From NCBI GenBank assembly GCA_018056685.1, contig JAGPFC010000010.1:5213-69212 (forward strand): 64,000 bases of DNA, written 5' to 3'. How positions within the stretch are numbered: position 1 is the first letter of the stretch; each line of letters opens with the position of its first letter. This document shows positions 48,555-56,647 of this stretch, one piece after another. A program made the position numbers and the translations under genes. The stretch is from Smithella sp. (GTDB lineage: Bacteria > Desulfobacterota > Syntrophia > Syntrophales > Smithellaceae). The notes beneath the pieces were generated by a model. That model worked only from the letters and a program-made list of their open reading frames with translations, did not search any database and had not been told where the DNA came from.

Positions 48555-49556
48555 ATGAAGCGCGTAGCATTCTGCGTATGGATTTTCTTTGTGTTGCTGG
48601 TTCTATGCTCCTGCACAAGCGACCCTGAAAAGACGGCTTTAAAGGAACTGGAGCGCCGGAAAATACCCTTCACCGAGCAGAAGTTTCTTGAAAAAGCTTA
48701 TGAAGGCGATACCGATGCGATAAAACAGTTTCTCAACGCCGGTATCAATAAAGAAGCCAGAACAGAAGAAGATGGTTACACCGCGCTCATGATTGCCGCT
48801 CATGCGGGACATACAGAAATCATCAGGCTGTTGCTGGAAAAAGGTTCAGACATGAATGCCGGCGATAATACCGGTGTTACTGCATTGATGAGAGCGGCAT
48901 TTAACGGCCATATCGATTGTGTGCAAGTTCTGCTCGACAAGGGAGCGAATGTAAATTTAATCGCAACACAACAAAGAGGCATGACCGCTTTAATGTTTGC
49001 AGCAAACGCAGGGCAGACTGAAGTTGTCAGGCTGCTTCTCGCCAAAGGTGCCAATCCCGATATTCGTTCCACTGACGGTAATCAGGCGTTGATGTTTGCT
49101 CAGTTGAGTGGCAACCCTGAAACAGTTGCCATGTTGACCTCCGCGTCTTCCAATATCAACACTCCCAATCATAAACAAATAAACGCCCTGCATATCGCGA
49201 TTAAACAGCATCAATCCCAGCAGGCGGCCATATTAATTGCCAACGGAGCCAATGTTAACGCTTCCGACAATACAGGAGTTACTCCGCTAATGCTGGCCTG
49301 TCAGGAAGGCGATGCGGCAACGGCAAAACTTTTAATTGAGCATGGCGCTTTGCTCAATGCCACGTATAATGCCAACGGCAGGGCAATCACACCACTAATG
49401 ATTGCCGCCATGAAGGGACATGAAGCGGTGGTCAGACTGCTTTTACAAATGAATGCCGATAAATCGATACAGGATGGCCAGGGCAATAATGCCGCCGCCT
49501 ATGCCAGGCATAACGGCTTTGAATACATCGCCCGTATTATCGAAGGAAGGAATTAA
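48555..49556 (+). CDS. Ankyrin-repeat lipoprotein (exported)
   Basis: Signal peptide with lipobox LCSC. About 8 tandem ankyrin repeats (G-TALM-AA--GH---V--LL--GA). Confidence 0.8.
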   Translation: MKRVAFCVWIFFVLLVLCSCTSDPEKTALKELERRKIPFTEQKFLEKAYEGDTDAIKQFLNAGINKEARTEEDGYTALMIAAHAGHTEIIRLLLEKGSDMNAGDNTGVTALMRAAFNGHIDCVQVLLDKGANVNLIATQQRGMTALMFAANAGQTEVVRLLLAKGANPDIRSTDGNQALMFAQLSGNPETVAMLTSASSNINTPNHKQINALHIAIKQHQSQQAAILIANGANVNASDNTGVTPLMLACQEGDAATAKLLIEHGALLNATYNANGRAITPLMIAAMKGHEAVVRLLLQMNADKSIQDGQGNNAAAYARHNGFEYIARIIEGRN

Positions 49557-49881
49557 AATCAAAGTCATTGAGATCGAATATGGTACTATCGTGCCCGTCA
49601 GGACATTCATGGCTAATGACAACCGTTAAAAAAACTCCTGCGTGAAGTAAAATGATCTTTGGCAGGTCCGATGGAAATAGATATCATTTATGATTGTTCG
49701 AACACTGACAATTTCATTTTATATGTTGCGCTCGGAAAGAAAGAATTCCATCGGAAACTCGTATAGAGAAAGATGAAAAACGTATGGCATTTTTCAAAAA
49801 TCCGGAAAGAATGAAAGAAAGGGGATTTATTGATTAAGCAGATCTATCTATTAAAACTTTTTGATTTCGTTGAGCCACGAT

Positions 49882-50625
49882 ATGAGAATAAAAGAAAAAC
49901 ACGCAAAATCCATTCTTTCTCCGTCCAAAATATATGACTATGTCATCAATCCGTTTGTCGGGTGTCAGCATGGATGCTCTTATTGTTATGCCAGATTCAT
50001 GAAGCGTTTCACCGGGCATAAAGAGCCGTGGGGAGATTTTGTCGATGTAAAAATCAACGCCCCCGATTTATTGAGCAAGGAAATAAAGCGGAAGAGGGTA
50101 GGGACAGTCTGGGTCAGCGGGTTTTGTGATCCATATCAGCCGCTGGAGGTAAAATACAAACTGACAAGGCAATGCTTGGAAATTCTGACGAGGAATGACT
50201 GGCCGGTGTTCCTTCAGACACGCTCCCCGATGGTTGTGCGGGATATGGATATATTCAAAAAATCAAAAAATATTGAAGTCGGACTTTCCATTACTACCGC
50301 GAATGACAACATTAGAAAAATATTTGAACCCTGTGCGCCGCCAATTCAGGAAAGGTTGAGTGCAATCGAAACATTGCATCAAAACGGCATCAGAACTTAT
50401 GTGATGATCGCGCCGATTTTACCCGAGGCTGAAAATCTCATCCCAGTGCTGACCGGGAAGGTTGACTACATTATTCTTGACCGGATGAATTATTCCCATG
50501 CGAATAGGATTTATGAAAGATATGGCTGGAAAGATAAAAATACCAACGAATACTTTGAAATGACGGGGGCAAGGATGGCGAGGGATTGTAGGCGGTTGGG
50601 AATCGAGTGCAGATCAGCCTATTGA
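49882..50625 (+). CDS. Radical SAM protein (SplB / DNA-photolyase-like COG1533 type)
   Basis: CxxxCxxC cluster GCQHGCSYCYA near the N-terminus. The ATG at 49882 is preferred over the TTG at 49861. Confidence 0.7.
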   Translation: MRIKEKHAKSILSPSKIYDYVINPFVGCQHGCSYCYARFMKRFTGHKEPWGDFVDVKINAPDLLSKEIKRKRVGTVWVSGFCDPYQPLEVKYKLTRQCLEILTRNDWPVFLQTRSPMVVRDMDIFKKSKNIEVGLSITTANDNIRKIFEPCAPPIQERLSAIETLHQNGIRTYVMIAPILPEAENLIPVLTGKVDYIILDRMNYSHANRIYERYGWKDKNTNEYFEMTGARMARDCRRLGIECRSAY

Positions 50626-50685
50626 GTAATTTGTTAAAATCTAATAATATTTCATCGGGTAATGTAAAAATGCGGGTAATCACAA

Positions 50686-51192
50686 ATGAGAAGACGCAAA
50701 GTTGTTGTCAATGATCTGATGCAGAAAAATTATGTCTATGATCTTACCGAGCCTGCCGGAAAGAACTTTCACCCTGAGTTCCAGCCGGATTTGACACCGA
50801 AGCAGATGCTGGAGATGGGAATATTCGGCGGCAAATACATGACCGATTGCCGCGATGAATTTCCGAAAAGCTGGTTTACCCGCGCCAAACTTTGTCATGA
50901 ACGTCATGATCCGCGACTGAATTTCTTTGGGGTCACTGCTTCCCAGCCCCTGTCTGTCTGGCGTAAAAAGGGTTGGATCTATCATGAAGATCCCCGCGGC
51001 TGGTTTCAGTGGTATTGCCGGTATTATAGGGGTAGAAGATGTCCTGATGATGAACGTCAGATTAAAAGATGGAAGGCGATGAAAAGGCACATTTCTCAAA
51101 TCAGCAAGCACTGCAAAATGGGGGATGTGAATTGCCGTCCGAAACAAAGACAGGCTTTGCTGAACTGGGCTTACGACAGTAGGAAATTTTAG
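50686..51192 (+). CDS. Conserved-looking hypothetical protein (168 aa)
   Basis: Strongly patterned sequence (GIFGGKYMTDC, DPRGWFQWYCRYYRGRR, RQALLNWAYD). No family I can name with confidence. Confidence 0.55.
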   Translation: MRRRKVVVNDLMQKNYVYDLTEPAGKNFHPEFQPDLTPKQMLEMGIFGGKYMTDCRDEFPKSWFTRAKLCHERHDPRLNFFGVTASQPLSVWRKKGWIYHEDPRGWFQWYCRYYRGRRCPDDERQIKRWKAMKRHISQISKHCKMGDVNCRPKQRQALLNWAYDSRKF

Positions 51193-51648
51193 TATCGGTT
51201 AATCGATGATTTCTTTTGAATGGATAGGTCCAAAAGCTTATTGAGAAATTATGTCCTTATATCTTTACACCGGAGTGGCTTTGCGGCGGCAGAAAACACG
51301 GTTGGTCTCTCCAATATAAAAAAGCAAAACGTTTTGCACTCTGATTTCCGAAAAGAACCGCTTTGCGTTACTCATCGTGTTCGGCGCCGAAGAGCGCGCA
51401 AACGTGGAACGCATGCAAGATATTCTTTTCGCGGCCAACGCGGGCATTATGCGATAAATCGACTGTCTATAATGGCGAAAATGGCTGCTTTTGACCATCG
51501 ATAATGATGAGCTCGTCAGCCATGTAAAAAATCTTTCAGCGGTCAAACGTCAACCAAAGTGATAACTTCGCAGCCGACATCATTATTTTAAACAGTTTCA
51601 CAAGAGATTTTCTGAAGATTCGATGCACAGATCATTAAATATCTTTCG

Positions 51649-51678
51649 TTGACACAACGCTGATACTTTACTTATACT
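51649..51678 (+). promoter_or_regulatory. Sigma-70-like promoter (TTGACA-N18-TATACT)
   Basis: TTGACA at 51649-51654 and TATACT at 51673-51678. About 35 nt before the ATG at 51714. Confidence 0.45.
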
Positions 51679-51713
51679 TTCTTCAAAAGAATAACCATAA
51701 AGGAGAACCTGCC

Positions 51714-52496
51714 ATGACCATCAATATTAAAAAAGAAGACCATATCATGCTTATTGAACTCGACCGTCCTCAAAAATACAACGCCATGACGCGTGAAATG
51801 TACACGCAGATGGCGCGCGCTTATTACCAACTGGATCGGGACGATGATTTATGGGTGGGCATTGTTTATGCCAACGGACCGCATTTTACCTCCGGCCTGG
51901 AACTCACCGACTGGTCGGATGCTTTCGGCAACGGTGTAGGTTTTCCGCTGGGCGGTGAAAATGAAATTGATCCCTTTTACATGATGAACGAAGAACGCTG
52001 CAGCAAGCCGCTTATTTATGCTGTGCAGGGTTATTGCTTTACATGGGGGCCGGAAGCCATGCTCAACGCGGACATTCGTGTGGCGGCATCCGATACGCGT
52101 TTTGCCATGCTGGAAGTTAAGCGGGGATTTTTCCCTTGTGGAGGGGCGACATTCAGATTGGCCAGAGATATCGGCTGGTCTAACGCGATGCGTTATCTTT
52201 TGACTGGTGATCAGTGGACCGCCGAAGACGCTTATCGCATGGGCCTGGTGCAGTATATTACAGAACCGGGTAAGCAACTGGATCAGGCGATGGAACTGGC
52301 ACGAAAAGTCGTCAGCGTTGCGCCGTTGGGTGTCCGTAATATATTGAAAAGCGGCCGCCTGGCTGAAAAAAATGGAGAAGCAGCGGCGAAAAAAGTAATC
52401 TTTCAGGATGTGGCAGATGTCATGAAGAGCGAAGATATGAAAGAAGGGCTGCAATCCTTCATCGAACGCCGAACAGCAGTTTTTAAAGGGAAGTAA
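51714..52496 (+). CDS. Enoyl-CoA hydratase/isomerase (crotonase) family protein
   Basis: 260-aa ORF with AGGAG RBS. Crotonase fold motifs (IELDRPQKYNAM, GYCFTWG, LLTGD). Confidence 0.8.
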   Translation: MTINIKKEDHIMLIELDRPQKYNAMTREMYTQMARAYYQLDRDDDLWVGIVYANGPHFTSGLELTDWSDAFGNGVGFPLGGENEIDPFYMMNEERCSKPLIYAVQGYCFTWGPEAMLNADIRVAASDTRFAMLEVKRGFFPCGGATFRLARDIGWSNAMRYLLTGDQWTAEDAYRMGLVQYITEPGKQLDQAMELARKVVSVAPLGVRNILKSGRLAEKNGEAAAKKVIFQDVADVMKSEDMKEGLQSFIERRTAVFKGK

Positions 52497-52624
52497 TCCA
52501 TTCATTCTGATTGTCAAAAATGGAGTTTTAGGATATAAAATAACAACTAATTTAATTAAAAATGATTTGTATCCCTTAAAGATTATTCAAAAAGGTTTTT
52601 ATATTCATAAAGGAGATTGCTGCT

Positions 52625-53005
52625 ATGCCTCATAAGCTTAAGACTGAAGCGAATGGACGTGGTTTGGTGATTACTTTCTCAGGAATTATAAAAGGCGACG
52701 AGATTGAAAGACTGGATGAAAAGCTCAATTTGGATAAGGTATTTTCCAAAGTGCGGTATGCGATATGGGATTTCTCCAAAATAAAAGATATCAAGGTATC
52801 GTTCGATGAGCTTCGTAATCAGGCCATGAATGATTCGGTTTCCGTACATAAAAATCCCGATAAGCGAATAGCCATCATTATCCGGAAACAATCTTCCAGT
52901 GGTCTGGACAGCATCTTTCATGCTTATGAAAAGGCGTGGGGTGGTTATGAATCCAAAACGTTTACCGAAATCGAAGCTGCAAGAAAATGGGCTGAAAGCG
53001 GTTAA
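52625..53005 (+). CDS. Hypothetical protein (126 aa)
   Basis: AGGAG RBS. No recognisable motif; the alpha/beta pattern is faintly STAS-like (speculative). Confidence 0.5.
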   Translation: MPHKLKTEANGRGLVITFSGIIKGDEIERLDEKLNLDKVFSKVRYAIWDFSKIKDIKVSFDELRNQAMNDSVSVHKNPDKRIAIIIRKQSSSGLDSIFHAYEKAWGGYESKTFTEIEAARKWAESG

Positions 53006-53157
53006 TCGAGAAGAGGCTTCATTTCATTTTATTAAGAAATACTTATTATAATACTATTTTTTATCGTATCTATAAAATTACTTTCAATTTCATGCAGACA
53101 AAAGCACCCATTAGTCATTTGTCTATTTTCCCGGAAAAAAGTTTCAAGGCGTAAATT

Positions 53158-53361
53158 ATGGAATGTAAAAAAGAGAAAAATCTGGATCACTGTAATTGCT
53201 CTTACGAGCCCTGCGGCAGAAAAGGAATCTGCTGTGATTGTTTGACCTATCACTTAAAGAAAAGGCAGCTGCCTGCCTGCTGTTTTCCAAAAGAAGCGGA
53301 AAGAACCTATAACAGATCGTTTGAACATTTCGCCGAACTGGTATCTCAGCGCAAAGTATAG
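53158..53361 (+). CDS. Cysteine-rich small protein (9 Cys in 67 aa)
   Basis: HCNCSYEPCGRKGICCDCLTYH...LPACCF. Resembles a family I recall as DUF6485 (unverified). Confidence 0.5.
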   Translation: MECKKEKNLDHCNCSYEPCGRKGICCDCLTYHLKKRQLPACCFPKEAERTYNRSFEHFAELVSQRKV

Positions 53362-53395
53362 CAGGATATCAGCAAACCTTTTCAGGGAGGAAACC

Positions 53396-53857
53396 ATGGA
53401 AGTGAAATTCGATCTAAAACGTAAATATATCGTGAATGGCAGGGAGTATACGTCTATTGAACAAATGCCTGCTGATATACGCCAGGTCTACGAAAAAGCG
53501 GTAAGCGGAAAGGAAGGTATCTCTAACGAAAATATTTTATCCCTTTCTGCCGGTAAGATAGTTTTTAACGGGCAGGAATATGAGAGCGTTGATTCAATGC
53601 CTTTGGACATTCGCCAGATGTATGAAAAGATTATGAAGTCAGTGGGAGAAGGCAAAGTTGCTGTATCAGGAAAAGCCGGCATCAATAAGGACGGGACATC
53701 CGTCAGTTTTCAAAAAGGAGGCGTTCTCAATGCTTATACGATGTCGAAGCCCATTACTCCAGGATCGTTTTTCTCCCCTCGTTTATTGATTGTAGGGGCG
53801 GCAGTCATTATATTGCTGATCGGAATATATGTCCTTGTCATCATGGGTTCGCGCTAA
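53396..53857 (+). CDS. Membrane-anchored hypothetical protein with an internal duplicated 22-aa motif
   Basis: GGGAGG lies 5 nt before the ATG at 53396. Repeats are VNGREYTSIEQMPADIRQVYEK and FNGQEYESVDSMPLDIRQMYEK. There is a C-terminal TM helix. Confidence 0.6.
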   Translation: MEVKFDLKRKYIVNGREYTSIEQMPADIRQVYEKAVSGKEGISNENILSLSAGKIVFNGQEYESVDSMPLDIRQMYEKIMKSVGEGKVAVSGKAGINKDGTSVSFQKGGVLNAYTMSKPITPGSFFSPRLLIVGAAVIILLIGIYVLVIMGSR

Positions 53858-53875
53858 AGATGACATAATAACGTT

Positions 53876-54334
53876 ATGAAAAGGCTTTCTTCCCGTAGTA
53901 CATTTTTCTATAAGCGCATATTCCCGGCCATCTGGTTTGGATTTATAGGTTTTTTCGTATTAACGGCATTATTCGCCGGACATGATAATGAAAGTTCAGA
54001 TATGATGATTTCTGTGTCTGTGATTTTCATGGCGGCGATTGGTTATTTTATGATGAAACACTTGGTGTTTGATTTGATGGACGAGGTTTATGACGAAGGC
54101 TTCTCATTGTTTTTCAAAAACAAGGGGAAAACGGTCCGTGTTAATTTGTCTGATATTAAAAATGTCAGTTACACAGTCATTCTCAATCCTCCCCGTGTCA
54201 CCATCAGCCTTCGTCATAAAACGGAATTGGGTGACGAGCTTAGTTTCTCTCCACCGGCAAACCTTATTCCTTTTAAGAAGAATAAGGAGATTGTGGAATT
54301 AATTGACCGCATTGACAGTGCCCGATCGCGGTAA
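53876..54334 (+). CDS. Membrane protein, hypothetical (2 TM plus a soluble C-terminal domain)
   Basis: Two N-terminal hydrophobic helices. No assignable family. Confidence 0.5.
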   Translation: MKRLSSRSTFFYKRIFPAIWFGFIGFFVLTALFAGHDNESSDMMISVSVIFMAAIGYFMMKHLVFDLMDEVYDEGFSLFFKNKGKTVRVNLSDIKNVSYTVILNPPRVTISLRHKTELGDELSFSPPANLIPFKKNKEIVELIDRIDSARSR

Positions 54335-54420
54335 CAACAGAACTCGTATGTCCAATTGCTGATAGTCATTGAAGCCATTGATCAGCAATTCAAACCTCCG
54401 GTTTCAGAAGGAAGAATCAT

Positions 54421-55215
54421 ATGAAAATATATAAATATTGGGCGTTGGAAAAAGGCATTTTGCGAGTTGGTCAGGAAGACAAGGAAATAAAATGTTACGG
54501 CGGTTCTAATTTTTCCATTAACGAAGCGATTGAAAAAGCCAGGGAAAAGATAGCAAAAGTCCAGAGGAGAATAAAGGGGGATAAGCACGTTTGGGACGAT
54601 TATGAAGTGGAAATACGGGAGGAAATCGTCCGGGTGGTGGACCCAAAATCCATTATTACCAGAAACAGGTACGGAGCCCAGGTTTTGAATGCGCAAAATC
54701 TGATGATTCTCGACATTGACAAGCCTAAAAAATCTTTTTTGAATATATTCGGCAAATCAAAAGACAATAAAACAAAAATTGTGGAAATGGTGCGCAAGTT
54801 ATCGCAAAAATCGGCGTACAAAGGTTACGTGTTCCGAATCTATGAAACATTTAAAGGGATTCGGGTCATCGTTCCGGGAAAGGAATTTGATCCTAAGGAC
54901 GCAGCGACAGAAAAGATGATGAAGGATTTCAGTTGTGATGAGCTTTATACGCTGCTTTGCAAAAAACAGGATTGCTTTCGCGCGCGTTTAACCCCCAAGC
55001 CAACCAGGATGAAACTGCGAAGGTATAAAGTTATGTTTCCGCGAACGAAACAGGAAGAAATGCAATTCAGAACATGGTTGTCAGATTATGAAGCGGCCAG
55101 CCGGCATTTCAGTGTATGCAGACTGATTGAGCAAATCGGCCAGAGTCATATAAACGAAGCCGTGAGGTTGCACGATGAAATATCAGGGATTCAATGGAAT
55201 CGGCAACTGGCATGA
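54421..55215 (+). CDS. Hypothetical protein (264 aa) with hhhhDxD strand motif (LMILDIDKP)
   Basis: GGAAG RBS region. Soluble and basic. No family assignable. Confidence 0.55.
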   Translation: MKIYKYWALEKGILRVGQEDKEIKCYGGSNFSINEAIEKAREKIAKVQRRIKGDKHVWDDYEVEIREEIVRVVDPKSIITRNRYGAQVLNAQNLMILDIDKPKKSFLNIFGKSKDNKTKIVEMVRKLSQKSAYKGYVFRIYETFKGIRVIVPGKEFDPKDAATEKMMKDFSCDELYTLLCKKQDCFRARLTPKPTRMKLRRYKVMFPRTKQEEMQFRTWLSDYEAASRHFSVCRLIEQIGQSHINEAVRLHDEISGIQWNRQLA

Positions 55216-55302
55216 ACATTTGATATGACCATCATCATTTTTTGTAGAAACTTTATTAAACGTGTGATGGAAAAGATTTAATAAACAGACAGGGATTGCG
55301 TT

Positions 55303-55599
55303 ATGAACGCCATTGCGTACACGAAGCAATTGAGACTTTTTGCCACTTTATCCTGGGTGGGATCGCTTATCATTTGCTTTGGCCTGGCTTGGTTTGGCCT
55401 TCTGCCTTTGAATGAACTCCTGCCTTTGCTGGCGTTGACTGTGGGCACAGTGCCGATTATTGTATTTATGGTTATGAAGAAAGCAATCTGTGAATCCTGC
55501 GGCGGTCAAATGAAAATTTCGTCCGGTTATCCGCGCATTGTTTATCAATGCAAAAAATGTCACGCTCAGGTGGATACCGGTATTTATTCCGATTATTAA
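55303..55599 (+). CDS. Small membrane protein with C-terminal zinc ribbon
   Basis: Two TM helices followed by CESCGG...CKKCH (CxxC-N17-CxxC). Confidence 0.55.
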   Translation: MNAIAYTKQLRLFATLSWVGSLIICFGLAWFGLLPLNELLPLLALTVGTVPIIVFMVMKKAICESCGGQMKISSGYPRIVYQCKKCHAQVDTGIYSDY

Positions 55600-55602
55600 G
55601 TT

Positions 55603-55998
55603 ATGAGAATCTTACGCTACATTTGGGCATTGCCCAACACGCTTCTGGGACTTCTGTTTGTTCCGCTGGCTTTCTTCGCAAATGGCGGGATCCATGTGGT
55701 TGATGGTGTGCTGGAGCTGCACAGCAGTCTCATATCACTCATCCTTAAAAAATGCATGCCGGTGCGGGGAGGTGTCAGCGCGATGACACTAGGACATGTG
55801 GTTCTGGGACAAAACCGGGAATCACTTTCCATCAATCGCTTGCATGAGCGTGCGCATGTTAAGCAATATGAAATATTGGGGCCGATATTTTTGCCTGTTT
55901 ATCTGGTGGCATCACTCTGGGCTTTTATAAAAGGCAGAGGCGCGTATCGGGGGAATTATCTGGAACGAAAGGCGAGGGAACACAGCCATGAAATTTAG
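55603..55998 (+). CDS. Small membrane protein with HExxH zincin-like motif
   Basis: HERAH at 55843-55857 within AMTLGHVVLGQNRESLSINRLHERAHVKQYE, flanked by hydrophobic helices. Starts 4 nt after the upstream stop. Confidence 0.55.
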   Translation: MRILRYIWALPNTLLGLLFVPLAFFANGGIHVVDGVLELHSSLISLILKKCMPVRGGVSAMTLGHVVLGQNRESLSINRLHERAHVKQYEILGPIFLPVYLVASLWAFIKGRGAYRGNYLERKAREHSHEI

Positions 55999-56647
55999 AA
56001 GAATTATCTTTTGCTTCACCATTTTTTCATTGATGCTTAATCATGCCTTTGTTCAGAAGGTCATGGCAGAGCAATACGAACCTGCTCTCTCGGCTATCGT
56101 TTTATTCGGGATGCCTTTGGTAAAAGAGATAAAACAATACAAAAATTTCAAAAAGGATGAATGTCTTCAAAAATATCTGAAGGCCATACCGGCCAAATCA
56201 TTTCTTTTGACTGCTGCCAGTCTGTCAGGGCCGGATAATACATTTAAATACAGACAGCGGAATCTGGAGGAACAGATCGTTGTTATCTTGGGCGATAAAA
56301 GCAAAGAGGAAGCCAAAGCTTTTTCTAAAGCCGTACCGCTCTGTATAGAATGGGAGGGCATGAGCGAAGGACCGCTTAACGAGGCAAATTTTGTGGATAA
56401 CTGGCTGAGCAATCGTCCCGGCACACCTATCGCGCCGTTTCTTTATCTTTTCAAAGCGCATCGGCTTCGCGCCGCATTCGAAGCGGCAAAATTCGGAAAC
56501 GAAAAAGGTCTCTGGCCGATTCTGGCTAAGAGATATAAAGAATCTCTGGAAAAGGCTTTGTCCTTTGGTAATCCCCTGATTTCCTGCATTGCAAAAGACA
56601 TGGAGGAGCAACCCTATGTTTATCTGGAAGGTCATGGAAAACCGTAA
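55988..56647 (+). CDS. Exported hypothetical protein (219 aa)
   Basis: Signal peptide MKFRRIIFCFTIFSLMLNHAFVQKVMA. Overlaps the upstream gene by 11 nt. Confidence 0.55.
   Translation: MKFRRIIFCFTIFSLMLNHAFVQKVMAEQYEPALSAIVLFGMPLVKEIKQYKNFKKDECLQKYLKAIPAKSFLLTAASLSGPDNTFKYRQRNLEEQIVVILGDKSKEEAKAFSKAVPLCIEWEGMSEGPLNEANFVDNWLSNRPGTPIAPFLYLFKAHRLRAAFEAAKFGNEKGLWPILAKRYKESLEKALSFGNPLISCIAKDMEEQPYVYLEGHGKP

Noticed and set aside
51220-51546. Two overlapping ~94-aa ORFs on opposite strands
   Set aside because: They are Arg/Ser-rich, lack an RBS, are mutually exclusive and show no motifs. The region is treated as non-coding (see the low-interest finding).
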